Notes: generated by a model from the letters alone, not told the origin. Positions 35,581 to 49,852 are shown, counted from the first letter of the whole stretch. The stretch: DNA of 62,858 nucleotides, filler included, from Reclinomonas americana ATCC 50394 (GCA_048213135.1; 43 parts of 43 records of this genome joined end to end with filler, not necessarily neighbours in it); one strand, 5' to 3'. A program made the numbers and translations.

Positions 35581-36571
35581 GTGCCTCGGCCACTCCTCGC
35601 ATTTCGGCGCACTCGGCCAACCTGCATCGCGAGGGTCGCGTTGAGGACCGCCTGTATGGTTTGGCACTGGCGGCCAACTCGAAGCGCGAGGCGCTGGTTT
35701 TCAAGCACGAGCACAACACGATTATGGAGCGCGATCCGGTCACTGGTCAGCAGCTGTTCTCGCCGCTGATCAACCCGCGTTCGGCGGCGCTGGTGCGCGA
35801 CAAGCCGGTGGAAGAGGTGTGTGTGTGTTTGTGGACGAGATTTGTGTGCGCCCAGTGATTGATTTCCTCACTCTTCATTGGTGCTGCGTAGGTGCTGTTG
35901 GAAAAGGGCGAAGAGTTGCACACGAAGCGGCAACAGGCGCTGGAGAAGACGGAGAAGCAGCTGCAGGAGCAGGTGATGGCACCTAAAGCCGGACCCATGA
36001 GCCGCCTGCTGGCCGAGCGGATTGAGGACCGCGACCGGTTGCACAAGCCGATTCGAAACTTGAAGGAGCGCTCCGTGCGCAACATTGAGGACACAGAGTC
36101 GCAGACGTACACATTCAAGTTGCGCCGCAATCCATCTACTCCTCCCTTTTATCTATTTTCTTGTGTCTTACCTCCCTGTTTTTTCGCTGCAGGCCGAGCT
36201 TGAACCCGACGTCTGTGCAAATCGACAAGCAGGTGGTGGGCGTGCACAACGACCCCGACGCCCGCATGAGTCGGCTAGTGCGCAAGGAGCAAGAGAAGAA
36301 CCAGTGGCGCACCCTGCAGCAGCAGGAGCGGTTACGGCTCGAGCTGGAGGAGTGCACCTTCACTCCGAACCGTGGTGGCGCCTCGGGCGACGCCTCGTTC
36401 CAGGGCGCACCGCAGTCGCCGGCTTCGCAGAGCAGCGCCAGCCGCTCCTCGTCGACTCCGCGGCGGCGGTTCTCGGCCGAGTTTGTGGAGCGCAACTTGG
36501 AGTGGGCGCGCCGCGTCAACAGCCGTGTCGAGTTGGAGCGCCTCGAGCAGGCCAGGAAAGCGCAAGAAGAG
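35581..36571 (+). CDS. Protist coiled-coil protein with repeated TFxP motifs, multi-exon, partial
   Basis: QQLFSPLINPRS, TYTFK|PSLNPTS, EECTFTPN and VEDRLY. Confidence 0.55.
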
Positions 36572-36712
36572 GTCTGTGTTTCTCCTTGTGTTTCTCCTTA
36601 TTTTATCGCATTNNNNNNNNNNNNNNNNNNNNNNNNNNNNNNNNNNNNNNNNNNNNTTAATTAATTAANNNNNNNNNNNNNNNNNNNNNNNNNNNNNNNN
36701 NNNNNNNNNNNN

Positions 36713-36757
36713 GCCTTCATGTACTACCCGTGGGCCGCCACGATCGGCGCTCGATGA
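36713..36757 (+). CDS. C-terminus of the upstream gene, probably the ABC peptide-binding protein
   Basis: AFMYYPWAATIGAR*; TGA overlaps the permease ATG (ATGA 36754-36757). Confidence 0.55.
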   Translation, partial: AFMYYPWAATIGAR

Positions 36758-37710
36758 GCAGCGCGCGACGCGTCGCAGGGAAGCTCGGCGGGCTGCTGCT
36801 GACGCTGTTCCTGGCGTCGCTGCTCGTCTTCTTCTCGCGGTTCCTGGTGCCGGGCGACCCGGTGAGCTTCCTGCTGCGCGGTCGCAAGCCGAGCGACGAG
36901 GCGGTGGCCGCGGTCACGGCGCAGTACGGTCTGGATCTTCCGCCGTGGGAGCAGTACCTCCGCTGGATCCTCGGTGTGCTGCAGGGGGACTTCGGCCGTT
37001 CGCTGCAGTACCGGCAGGATGTCACCCAGGTGATCGGCGATCGACTGCCGGCGACCCTGATGCTCGTCGCCATGGCCGGCGCGATCGTGCTCATCGCCGG
37101 GGTCGTGCTCGGCGCAGCCGCGGCGCTCAACCGGGGGAAGGCGGTCGATCGGTTCATCCTCATCGGACTCACCGTGCTCGGCGCCATCCCGTCGTTCGTC
37201 GGCGCGATCGTGCTCATCGCCGTGTTCTCCATCCAGCTCGGCTGGTTCCCCTCCTTCGGCTCCGGCGACGGGTTCTTCGACATGCTCTACCACCTGACCC
37301 TGCCCTCGCTCGCGTTGGCGCTCGTCTTCATCGTGCTGGTCGGGAAGGTGACCCGGTCGGCCATGGTCGATCAGCTGGGCCGTGAGCACGTCGAGGTCTC
37401 CACGAGTCGCGGCGTGCGCCGATCGACGGTCATCCGTCGTCACGTCCTGCGCAACGCGCTGGGCCCGATCCTCACCGTGAGCGGCGTGCTCGTGGCCGGA
37501 CTCATCGTCGCGAGCTCCATCGTCGAGGCGGCGTTCGGCCTCTCCGGCATCGGCTCGCTCCTGGTGCAGTCGGTCGACCGGCTGGACTTCCCGGTCGTGC
37601 AGGCCATCGTCCTCCTGGTGGTGCTCGCCTTCGTGGTGATGAACGCCCTGGTCGACATCCTCGAACCCTGGATCGATCCGCGCTCCGCAGCGGGAGCAGG
37701 TGCCCGATGA
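36754..37710 (+). CDS. dppB: Peptide/nickel ABC transporter permease (DppB/OppB family)
   Basis: VPGDP, YGLDLP..EQY..W...VLQGDFGRS, RLPATL, HLTLP, RHVLRNA and DFPVVQA; high-GC actinobacterial codons. Confidence 0.92.
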   Translation: MSSARRVAGKLGGLLLTLFLASLLVFFSRFLVPGDPVSFLLRGRKPSDEAVAAVTAQYGLDLPPWEQYLRWILGVLQGDFGRSLQYRQDVTQVIGDRLPATLMLVAMAGAIVLIAGVVLGAAAALNRGKAVDRFILIGLTVLGAIPSFVGAIVLIAVFSIQLGWFPSFGSGDGFFDMLYHLTLPSLALALVFIVLVGKVTRSAMVDQLGREHVEVSTSRGVRRSTVIRRHVLRNALGPILTVSGVLVAGLIVASSIVEAAFGLSGIGSLLVQSVDRLDFPVVQAIVLLVVLAFVVMNALVDILEPWIDPRSAAGAGAR

Positions 37711-38073
37711 CCTCTTCGACCCCCACCCTCGCGATCCGGCTGCTGCGCTCGCCGCGCCGGAAGCGGCCGCGATTCCTCTTCCTCGCGGCGATCGTCGTGC
37801 TCGCCGTCGTCACACTCGCCGCGATCTTCGCGCCGTTCGTCGCCCCGTACGATCCGGATGCCGTGGACTTCCTGTCCTTCCTGGCCCCACCGTCCGCCGC
37901 GCACTGGCTCGGCACCGACTCTCTCGGCCGGGATCTGCTCAGCCGCCTCATCTACGGCGGACGCACCGCCCTCATCGGACCGCTCCTGGTCGTCGTCTTC
38001 TCGACCGTGATCGGCATCCTGCTGGGGCTCTGGGCCGGCTGGCGCGGTGGCTGGATCGACGCCGCCCTGAGCC
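37707..38073 (+). CDS. dppC: Peptide ABC transporter permease (DppC/OppC family), partial
   Basis: APYDP, PPSAAHWLGTDSLGRDLLSRLIYGGR and GGWID; ATGA overlap with dppB. Confidence 0.92.
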
Positions 38074-38186
38074 NNNNNNNNNNNNNNNNNNNNNNNNNNN
38101 NNNNNNNNNNNNNNNNNTTAATTAATTAANNNNNNNNNNNNNNNNNNNNNNNNNNNNNNNNNNNNNNNNNNNNTTCGCATGTCTAT

Positions 38187-38600
38187 GTGAGTTGTCCCGG
38201 TTGCATTGTTCCTTCTCCCTCTCTCGCTCTCCTTTCTCAATCATTCATTCATTGTGTCTATTCAGCAGCACGATCCGTGATCCCGCTCAAATGGAGAGTT
38301 GTCTCTCTCCCTGTCGCACCATCGCCGGTGCATGCATCGCCGGTACATCGATATCGCAAGGTTCGGACGTCTCTGTGAGTTGTCCCTGTTGCATTGTTCC
38401 TTCTCCCCCTCCCCCGCTCTCCTCGCTCACTCACTCATTCATTCATTGTGTCTGTTCAGCAGCACGATCCGTGATCCTGCTCAAATGGAGAGTTGTCTCT
38501 CTTCCTGTCGACGTCTCCACCATCGCCGGTGCATGCATCGCAAGGTTCGGAAGTCTCTGTGAGTTGTCCCTGTTGCATTGTTCCTTCTCCCCCACTCGCT
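38187..38600. repeat. ~185-bp tandem repeat (two full copies and one partial) of an intron/exon-like unit
   Basis: Units start GTGAGTTGTCCC at 38187, 38375 and 38559; the full units contain TTCAG|CAGCACGATCCGTGATCC.GCTCAAATGGAGA|GTTGTC. Confidence 0.8.
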
Positions 38601-39633
38601 CTCCGTTTCTCACCATCGATCCAGTCATGCCTGGCTCGTCAAACAGGAGCGTACTGCATGCAGACCGCACGCGGTATTGCGACACACTGTTTGTCGTCTT
38701 CTTCCTTCTCAATAACCGCCATCGATTGCAACAGCATGTGTGTGTGTGTGAGAGAGAGAAAGAGTGTGTGTGTGTGTGTGTTTGCATGCTTGTTCCTGCT
38801 GGTTTGTTTTCCTCACTCCCCATCCTTCTCCTCTTCCCACTCTCAACCTCTCAACATTCTCCTTGAGCTCCTTCCCCTTCCCCCTTCCCCACTTTCCCCC
38901 CTCTGCTGCAATGAGCGGGATGGCAGACTTTCCACTCCGTCGCCTTGCTTGCTTTTCTCTCTCCATCGACCACAGTCGATGGTCATGCGGTGCAAGGAGA
39001 CTGGCACAGCGTCGCTCCATCCATCTCTTCCTCTCTTCCTCCTCCTCTGTGGCTTTTGCCTCCGTCCTTGGTCTGCAGTGTGTCGTGAATGCCGATTGAT
39101 TCGGGAACCACGAATCGCGGACTGGGTGGCTGCGGTGGTGGCTGTCGTGGTGGCGCAATGTATGCATCAGCTCTCTGCATCTTACTCTCCTGCACACACT
39201 GCCTCTGCGATGAATACCAGCAAGGAGAGGGAGAAGAGACGCACACACTTTGTCCAGCGTCGCATCGTTTGTCCCCCGCACCTCTCTCCGCTCTTTCTTC
39301 TTCTTCTGTTATGTGGTGTGATGCGCTGATGCACGAGCAAAGCAGCAGTGGTGCGGCTTGCGTGTGATCGTGCATGCATGAGCGAGTGAGCGAGTGACCG
39401 TGTTTCGTCGTTGGCACACATTCTCTCGTTGCGTGTGTGTGTTTTGCGAGGAGACTCGGAGAATGAGGAGGAGGATGAGTGTGGCACGCTTGTCGACATC
39501 GTGCATGTGCAGCTGCTTGCACACGCACACACCNNNNNNNNNNNNNNNNNNNNNNNNNNNNNNNNNNNNNNNNNNNNTTAATTAATTAANNNNNNNNNNN
39601 NNNNNNNNNNNNNNNNNNNNNNNNNNNNNNNNN

Positions 39634-40993
39634 TTGCAGTACAAACGAAGTCGGGTCGACTGACGATGCTATCACAGCAGAGAACTGCTTGTTGGCACCA
39701 GTCAACTCGTAATATGCGCCTTGTCCCCGATACTGCAGGCAAACTCGGTACAGTGCTCCACTGCCGATAGCTGGCAACTGGACGACCAGGTCAGCGCCGG
39801 ATAGCGCATTCATAGATGTCGCTAAACTTGGAGCGCTGTTGGCGATGTCCGCACAAACCGAGTTCTGGTCGGTCATCAACCGCAATCGTACTCGGTCTGT
39901 CGAATCCAGATTGCTGCCAGAGATCGTCAACACTAGTCCAGCTGCCAGAGGTGCAGTGGCGCCGAGAGGGCGAACGGTGGTGGCATAGACGAAACCGAGA
40001 GTGTTGGTGACTCCGGCAGTTAGCCATGTTGCTTCCGCTGCGCTCGTCCGAACACACACCGTTCGCGTGCCCGTGGCGCCGACTGCGTTCACCGTAATCA
40101 CGGCGGTCGAGTCCGACACGACGCTGATGGCTGTTACAGAAATTGCGTTGGTGTTGCCAGTGCACGATCCAGATACAATCTTTGCCTGCAACGTACTGCT
40201 GACAAACACAAAACCGTTTCCAGTCACAGTGACAGTGGCAGTAGAAGCCGTAGTGATGGCAGACGGACTGAACGAAGTCGCTCCAACAGCAGCCAGCGTC
40301 TGACCGCCGATGACACCAACTGCTGCCGCCGCCGATGAATTGTTGCCGGGGCGCAAGCACAGCCCAAAGTTACGGCCAGTTGTGTCCGACGCAGTGACGT
40401 TGGTGACTACTTGCGTATCATACACCTGCACTGTTGGTGTCGAAAAGACTAGCTGCGTCACCGGCGAACCAGCACACGTGTCTCCTTCCGCGACTGCGTA
40501 AAATCTGTCTGCAGCGCTGAGACCGCTTCCGGTTACTGTGAGTACCGCAGTCGTCGAAGTCGCTTGGAATGCGCTTGGTGCTGCGTTGGTGGCTGATACA
40601 ACTGAGAACACGTTCGCAGACGAGTTGGCCAGGGGATAGAACGACCCTGAGCCAGCGTACTGGATACACACAAGATACCGTCTTCCACTTGTGATCGCAA
40701 CAGGGATCTGAACTGTCGATTGGCTTCCAGTGGACGCAACAGTGGAACATGTGATAGAAGCAACACCGTTGGGATTGGCACACGCCAGACTGCTGTTGGC
40801 GTCCAACGGTACCAACTTCACAACATCAGCTGCCGACAGTTGCTGGCCAGAGAGTGTCAATCTCGTGAATGCTGGAGTCGACAAAGGAAGTCCGGTAGGC
40901 GACACTGACTGAGCCCCGACAATTGACAAACCCTGCGGGTTTCCAACAACCAACCATGTGGTTTCCATGCTAGTGGCTCTACCACACACCGTG
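39634..40993 (-). CDS. Giant repetitive surface protein with ~105-aa Cys-paired Ig/IPT-like domains, copy A, partial
   Basis: Intronless open frame; modules (S/A)P....LT(V/I)(T/S)G..L...D....C...(Y/F).(V/L)C; N-glycosylation sequons. Confidence 0.75.
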
Positions 40994-41093
40994 NNNNNNN
41001 NNNNNNNNNNNNNNNNNNNNNNNNNNNNNNNNNNNNNTTAATTAATTAANNNNNNNNNNNNNNNNNNNNNNNNNNNNNNNNNNNNNNNNNNNN

Positions 41094-42436
<1,343 letters not shown>

Positions 42437-42553
42437 GTCGTCGTCGTCGTCGTNNNNNNNNNNNNNNNNNNNNNNNNNNNNNNNNNNNNNNNNNNNNTTA
42501 ATTAATTAANNNNNNNNNNNNNNNNNNNNNNNNNNNNNNNNNNNNNNNNNNNN

Positions 42554-43913
42554 CTGCAGTACAAACGAAGTCGGGTCGACTGACGATGCTATCACAGCAG
42601 AGAACTGCTTGTTGGCACCAGTCAACTCGTAATATGCGCCTTGTCCCCGATACTGCAGGCAAACTCGGTACAGTGCTCCACTGCCGATAGCTGGCAACTG
42701 GACGACCAGGTCAGCGCCGGATAGCGCATTCATAGATGTCGCTAAACTTGGAGCGCTGTTGGCGATGTCCGCACAAACCGAGTTCTGATCGGTCATCAAC
42801 CGCAATCGTACTCGGTCTGTCGAATCCAGATTGCTGCCAGAGATCGTCAACACTAGGCCTGCTGCCAGAGGTGCAGTGGCGCCGAGAGGGCGCACGGTGG
42901 TGGCATAGACGAAACCGAGAGTGTTGGTGACTCCGGCAGTGAGCCATGTTGCTTCCGCTGCGCTCGTCCGAACACACACCGTTCGCGTGCCCGTGGCGCC
43001 GACAGCGTTCACCGTAATTACAGCGGTCGAGTCCGACACGACGCTGATGGCTGTTACAGAAATTGCGTTGGTGTTGCCAGTGCACGATCCAGATACAATC
43101 TTTGCCTGCAACGTACTGCTGACAAACACAAATCCGTTTCCAGTCACAGTGACAGTGGCAGTAGTAGCCGTAGTGATGGCAGACGGACTGAACGAAGTCG
43201 CTCCAACAGCAGCCAGCGTCTGACCGCCGATGACACCAACTGCTGCCGCCGCCGACGAATTGTTGCCGGGGCGCAAGCACAGCCCAAAGTTACGGCCAGT
43301 TGTGTCCGACGCAGTGACGTTGGTGATTACTTGCGTATCGTACACCTGCACTGTTGGTGTCGAAAAAACTAGCTGCGTCACCGGCGAACCAGCACACGTG
43401 TCTCCGTCTGCGACTGCGTAAAATCTGTCTGCAGCGCTGAGACCGCTTCCGGTTACTGTTAGTACCGCTGTCGTCGAGGTCGCTTGGAATGCGCTTGGTG
43501 CTGCGTTGGTGGCTGACACAACTGAGAACACGTTCGCAGACGAGTTGGCCAGAGGATAGAACGACCCTGAGCCAGCGTACTGGATACACACAAGATACCG
43601 TCGTCCACTTGTGATCGCAACAGGGATCTGAACTGTCGATTGGCTTCCAGTGGACGCAACAGTGGAACAAGTGATTGAAGCAACACCGTTGGGATTGGCA
43701 CACGCCAGACTGCTGTTGGCGTCCAACGGCACCAACTTCACAACATCAGCTGCCGACAGTTGCTGGCCAGAGAGTGTCAATCTCGTGAATGCTGGAGTCG
43801 ACACAGGAAGTCCGGTGGGCGACACTGACTGAGCCCCGACAATTGACAAACCCTGCGGATTTCCAACAACCAACCAAGTGGTTTCCGTGCTTGTGGCTCT
43901 ACCACACACCGTT
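42554..43913 (-). CDS. Giant repetitive surface protein, copy B (near-identical to 39634-40993)
   Basis: Same length and boundaries; about 33 substitutions by manual comparison, 5 of them non-synonymous. Confidence 0.75.
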
Positions 43914-45039
43914 NNNNNNNNNNNNNNNNNNNNNNNNNNNNNNNNNNNNNNNNNNNNTTAATTAATTAANNNNNNNNNNNNNNNNNNNNNNNNNNNNNNN
44001 NNNNNNNNNNNNNGGAACGGATAGATGATGTGCGCGCCTTGGCTGTTGCTGTTTCTGCCGAGTGACAATGGTGGTGGCCATGGAAGACTGTAGACACGTA
44101 CTAGGTCAGCAACACATGGTGAGTGCGTGTTCTGCATCTGCGTTGAGGAAGTCGGTGAGACTTGGAGACAGACTAACTCAATTCTGTGTGTGCCATGAAC
44201 ACAGGCGTGCTGGCAAGTGACTGGCATGCGAAGACACGTGGTTCTGTGCCACACAGTGCGTGCATGAGACGATGCACCGACCGACTGTGAGTGTGATTGA
44301 AGGCGCGAAGCACTGATTGTGACTTGGGTGAGAGGAGGCGAGCCTCACGACGCTCCATCGCTGTGCACGTGCTACTGTACTGGTCGCTGCTCTCCTGTTC
44401 CCTGTGACTCTCCATCTTCGTCGTACCATCATGACGTGCACCTCGTCAGCTTCGCTGTGGGCCGAGCCACGGAGGTGTGCGGTTTCGATGACTCGGTGCG
44501 TTATCGATTCTCGAGTTTGCTGTGGCTTCAGCACAGCTGGACCACATGTGCACAGCTGCATATCCAAGCAGCCCGACATTCCAATCCTCGTTGGCAGAGA
44601 ATGCAGGTCAGTCAAAAGAGAGTGTCGCTGGTCAGCAGCACGGTGCAGTGGAGCGCCACCTTGTGCCACCACCGCCTTGCATGTCCATTCTGCCGATTTC
44701 TCATCGACGAGTCACATGTCGGTCTTTGAAAGCCCGCACGCATGAACGAAGCCACGTCGCTCTCACGACCGTCTGTTGTATGGGGTGCTGGCTACAGCCT
44801 GGCGAGGGATGAGGGACGTCTCGGAGCAAGGCGGGAGAAGAAAGGCGGGAAAGGGTGACAATCCCGAGCGAGCAAGTCACACACACATACACGGGGAATG
44901 GCAACAAAGGTGTGAATGTGTGCGCTTTTTGCGTGGTTGGTGTCTGTGCGCAGGCGTGCTTTTGTGTGCGGTTGTTGTTTGTTGATGTGCGTTTCTTCGA
45001 ATGTTGCACGTGCGTCTCACCATAAGCGTTGGGCACAGA

Positions 45040-45373
45040 TCATTCAAAGTCTCGCGACTGTGGTGCGATCCGTCGCCGTCACTCCCGATAGCAAGCACAT
45101 TGTTGGTGGGTGCATGGACACGACCATTCGAGTGTGGTCTCTGGCGAGTGGAGAAGAGGTGCGACGGCCTGAGATAGACAGTGGCCCGGTGTGGTCTGTC
45201 GCCGTCACCCCCGATGGCCAGCAGATAGTGAATGGGAGTGGAGACTGTACCGTGCGTGTGTGGTCGCTGGTGAGTGGGGAGGAGGTGCGACGGCTAGAGG
45301 GACACGATGATAAGGTGTGGTCTGTCGCCGTCGCCTTCGATGGCCAGCACATTGTCAGTGGGAGCTGGGACTG
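45040..45373 (+). CDS. WD40 repeat protein with high-identity 42-aa repeats, partial
   Basis: V(R/W)SVAV(TP/AF)D(S/G).(H/Q)IV.G..D.T(I/V)RVWSL.SGEEVRR, three copies. Confidence 0.85.
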
Positions 45374-45473
45374 NNNNNNNNNNNNNNNNNNNNNNNNNNN
45401 NNNNNNNNNNNNNNNNNTTAATTAATTAANNNNNNNNNNNNNNNNNNNNNNNNNNNNNNNNNNNNNNNNNNNN

Positions 45474-46800
45474 GCGAGCATCGAGATAATGGCATGCAGA
45501 GAGCGGCCCAGTTTTCTGACTGCCTCTCCCGTGGTGCCCTCAGCACCGGTGCCCCCGTCGGCAGCTGTGGCATCCACGAGCCGGTGCAAAACGTCAGCTC
45601 CAGCCGCCGCCAAGTGCGCCGACATATCTCGATACTGCGCCAGCACTGTGCACAGCGAGTGCGAATCAGCACCACTGTCGCCGCTCTCGTAGTGTCGTCC
45701 GTCCATGCCGCTCCCACTGTCACTCCCGCCACCAGAGTTCAAGTGCTGCAAAATGTGACGCAAAGCGCGCAGCTCACGCTTGCGCGAATTACTCGCAACT
45801 CTGGCCGGTGTGCCTGCATGCAGTCCAGTCGACGTCGTAAGGAAGAATCGGTACAATGGTGCAACTTCGCTGGATGACATTTTGAGTAATTATAAGGGAT
45901 GTACCTTGAAACACGCGACACAAGGCCGACGCGACAGCATTTGCGGAGGCCGGCGTGAACACGTGTGGTGCCCATTGGACCAAGAACAGCTTGCAGTCGT
46001 CTTGCCAAAATGCCGTTGGCGGTGCCCGACGACAATCGATGACAGCAATGGCAGCGTGCGTTGCAACGCTGCTGGATGACCCGGAACAAGAGGAAGCGCC
46101 TCCTGCAGCTGCGGCCGCAGTGCGGGTCGAACTGGTACCGGTCACCACCGCCTTGTGCAAGCTCAGGACGGACAGTGCCAGGTTCACATCGATCGCGCCT
46201 CGCTCAGCGCGAAGGCAATCAAGTTTGTCGACATCGCATTGAGCTGACTGCCGAAGGTCGGAAACCGCCTGCTTCGCGAACTGTCTCACGTTGTCCTTGC
46301 TGGATCCATTGGAAACAATGCCGGCAGTAAGAACACAGAGAGAGAGAACGCGCGCACCAAGAGCAAAGCACGGTGACGCACATCAATCGTTTGGCAACAT
46401 CATCAGGCCCCGTATCGTCGAGGACCTTCAGCAACAAGAGATCCAGCGCCTCGCAATCGGTGTCACGGTCGGCCAGGGTCGCCGCTGCACGGTGCGAGAA
46501 GTACGCCCTTGAAGACCGCGACATCGCCAATGCGTTTGCTATGGCAGCAAAAAATGTTCGCAGGGCTGGAAAAGCAAAACAACGCACTCAATCAGTGATG
46601 GAAGTATGATTGGTGCACAAGTTTCTCACCAGCGAGTGCGGTCTTCTCTGTCTTCGTCAATGTGACGCGGGGGGCGCCGACCGATGCAGTTGAGTCTGTC
46701 ACGGTCGCGGTCGGCGCAGCTGCCGTGGGCACTGCGGCCGGTGCAGTGTTTCGAGGGGTCACAATCGGCTCCTCCTCCTCCTCTTCTTCTTCTTCTTCCT
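45474..46800 (-). CDS. Alpha-solenoid protein, weakly FANCI-like, multi-exon, partial
   Basis: WQDDCKLFLVQWAPHVFTPASANAVASALCRVFQ..MSSSEVAPLYRFFLTTS loosely parallels FANCI solenoid 1. Confidence 0.35.
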
Positions 46801-46933
46801 CCTCCTCTTCCTCCTCCACTTCGTCCTACATCCNNNNNNNNNNNNNNNNNNNNNNNNNNNNNNNNNNNNNNNNNNNNTTAATTAATTAANNNNNNNNNNN
46901 NNNNNNNNNNNNNNNNNNNNNNNNNNNNNNNNN

Positions 46934-47283
46934 TGGGCGGCAGTACGCAGACAGCCACGGTGACCCTGGTGTCGGTGGATGCACGTTGCGGTCCAGTGAC
47001 ATTCATCTGGCAAGGTACGCATGTGTGGCGCGCTCGCACAGAGTGAGAACACCGAGTTGACTCACAATCGTGTCATGGCGATGCAGTGCGCGCCGATGTG
47101 GAGTTTGCGCACACCCTGGTATTGGCGACGTCCGCATTCACCGTCACCTCCACCACGGCCTTGTCGCAATCGGTCTCGTTCAAGACACCGACCACCACCA
47201 ACACCAACTACCGCTTGTACGTGTTCGCTGTCGACAAGTGCACCAGTGCCACCTCGGATTCGGCTCCGTTCCGTGTCGCGTGA
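46934..47283 (+). CDS. C-terminus of a Thr-rich beta-strand (Ig-like) protein
   Basis: Ends TNYRLYVFAVDKCTSATSDSAPFRVA*; one intron. Confidence 0.45.
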
Positions 47284-47357
47284 GAAGGATGAAAACAACA
47301 AGACACAGAAGACGCTGAAATGAAAGCGTCATCAATCGTTTTTGCACACATTATTTA

Positions 47358-48285
47358 TCACGTAAACTTGACAGCACGTAATGCCATCTCAAAGTCATCG
47401 TTGGGTCTAATGCACGCGCGTGCCTCGCGTGCTCTGCAGCACACACACAATCAACATCAGCCAGCGCGACAGCACAACGGTGGCACGCACCTTGCGAGGG
47501 CATCATCAAACGACAGCCGATACTTCCGCATCAAGTAGTATACCAGCACTGACCCACTGCGCGAGACACCAGCCTCACAGTGCAATAGCACGGAGTGGTC
47601 CTGCTGACGCCACTCCTCGATCTGCACAAACGCTCGCTCACAATCGCTGATGATGCGATCGCAATACTCGGGGCGATCTTGCGCGTCAATCACCAGATAC
47701 GATACTCCGCGATCCTCGAAGAGTGCACCGTGCGCCGCACACATGCTCACTGGCGAGGAGGAATGTGAGAGAGGAGGAGGAGGAGGAGGAGGAGATCAGA
47801 GTGCATGGACAAACCAACTCGTCGAATGTTGTGCTCGGTGAACACGTCCCAGTCCGTGGCACCAGTCAAGTTGCCGATAAAGAGACCTGCATATGTATGT
47901 GAGAGAGGCTCGTCATCACACGCAGCTGCTTCAGTCGCGACGAAACCTTCTTCCACCTGCAACAATTGCAACACACACGTGCACACACTCAGTCACAGCT
48001 CCTCTTCCACTTCCTCACAGGCACACACACCTGATTGATGGGTGTGAGCAGCGCCTGCAACATGACGGCCTCCTCATCCTCAATCATCATCGAAAAACAG
48101 ATATCACGATCCGGGACAAAAGACAATGGGCGCGGAAGATATCCGCGAGCAAATTCAATGACACCAAGACACGCGCAGTCACTCTGCGTTGCCTTGGTGG
48201 CGCTGCTGCTGCTGCTGGCCACGCTGTGCACGGCCTCACTCAGCGTCGACCTGGAGGAGGCATTCGTCAGTGACTTTGAATGTGC
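47358..48285 (-). CDS. Dual-specificity protein phosphatase, multi-exon
   Basis: GLFIGNL, VLLHCEAGVSRSGSVLVYYLM (HCxxGxSRS) and final exon RACIRPNDDFEMAL*. Confidence 0.92.
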
Positions 48286-49203
48286 GCACACACNNNNNNN
48301 NNNNNNNNNNNNNNNNNNNNNNNNNNNNNNNNNNNNNTTAATTAATTAANNNNNNNNNNNNNNNNNNNNNNNNNNNNNNNNNNNNNNNNNNNNGCGCTGC
48401 ACACAGACACTCATAGTGAGAAGAAAGAAAGAGAAAGAAGGGGGAGGAGGAAGAAGGAGGAGGAGGAGGAAGAGGAGGAGAAGAAGAAGAAGAGCGAGAG
48501 AGGAAAAAGGAGGAGGAGAAGAGGAACAAGAACAAGCAGAAGAAGAAGAAGAAGAAGAAGAAGAAGAAGAAGAAGGAAGAGGAGGAGGACGAGGAGGAAG
48601 AAGGAGGAGGAAGAAAGAGGAAGAAGAAGGAGGAGGAGGAGGAAGAAGAAGAAGAAAAGAAGAGGGAAAGAGGAAGAGAGCGAGTGGGAGTGAGAGACAA
48701 GCAAAGGACAGACTGCAAGTGGGAGAGAGAAGAGGAGAGGGTTCGAAACAAGAAAATGCACCGTTTGACAAGATTGCAAGATGCGCTCCTCCAGCTGTGT
48801 TGCACAAAATGAGTGAGCGAGTGAGCTGTGTGCACAAAGGAGAGATGCAAGGCACGCACTCCTCTCGCCGCCGCTTCTTCCATTGTTGTTTATGGCGGAC
48901 AATACTGTACTCGACGTCGGTCCCGTTACGCCTCCCACAACATTGTCGTGAAGGACATTGTGGAGCGTGGCAAGAGCACAACCGGAAGCAATCCTGCAAG
49001 CGCGACACGAGTAGAGAGCAAAAAAACAATCGACGTCGCGCGTGTCCTGCCACACTCGTTTCCTCTCTTTCACAGTCGCGACACGCGCTCTCTCTCTCTC
49101 CACGCGCGATTAACTCGCGCAGCAGCAGCAGCAGCAGCAGCAGGGGAAAGGCGACAAAAACAGACGCTTATCCTGTCAACGTCGACCGTCCAACGGCCAC
49201 CAA

Positions 49204-49752
49204 ATGAGCGCACGCGAAATGCGACCGACTCCGCCTCCTCCGCCCGTCACAGTCGTGCGCGGAGGAGGCAGTCTCTCTTTGCGTCGCCACGCGAACATGG
49301 CTCGGCGTCGCGCTCTCCAAGAGTTCCTCGCCTCTGCGCCACCACACGCACTCGAATCGGACCGAACACCATCCCCACCCAAAGCAGGCACTGGAGGCAT
49401 AGGCATTCCCTCATCACCCGCTGCCTTGATGCTCATGCTGTTGGAGCACAACGCGCCTTCTTCCGCGGCCAACAATAGCATGCCCGTGTCGCCTTCTGTA
49501 TTTTCACGGACACCGCAAGCCGAACGCGTCTTGTCGGTGGTGTTGCAACGGGAGCGGCAGCAGGCGGTCGATGTCGACTCTGTAGTGGAGGCGGGTGCGG
49601 ATGCGATTCAGGCGTTGGCTGATGAGCAGGGCGGGCTCGCGCAGCCGTTGGCGCAGGGGCATTTGGAGCGCATGGAGAGGTCGTTTGTGCGGAGGCAGCG
49701 CAGAAGGATGAATTCGCCGTCGATGTGGTTGCAGGCGGAGCAGGCCAAGGCG
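49204..49752 (+). CDS. Unknown protein, N-terminal part
   Basis: ATG-initiated GC-rich frame open to the contig end. Confidence 0.35.
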
Positions 49753-49852
49753 NNNNNNNNNNNNNNNNNNNNNNNNNNNNNNNNNNNNNNNNNNNNTTAA
49801 TTAATTAANNNNNNNNNNNNNNNNNNNNNNNNNNNNNNNNNNNNNNNNNNNN

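Noticed and set aside
33788..38073. Apparent linkage of the viral integrase with neighbouring eukaryotic and bacterial genes
   Set aside because: Separated by artificial spacers; contig order reflects length only.
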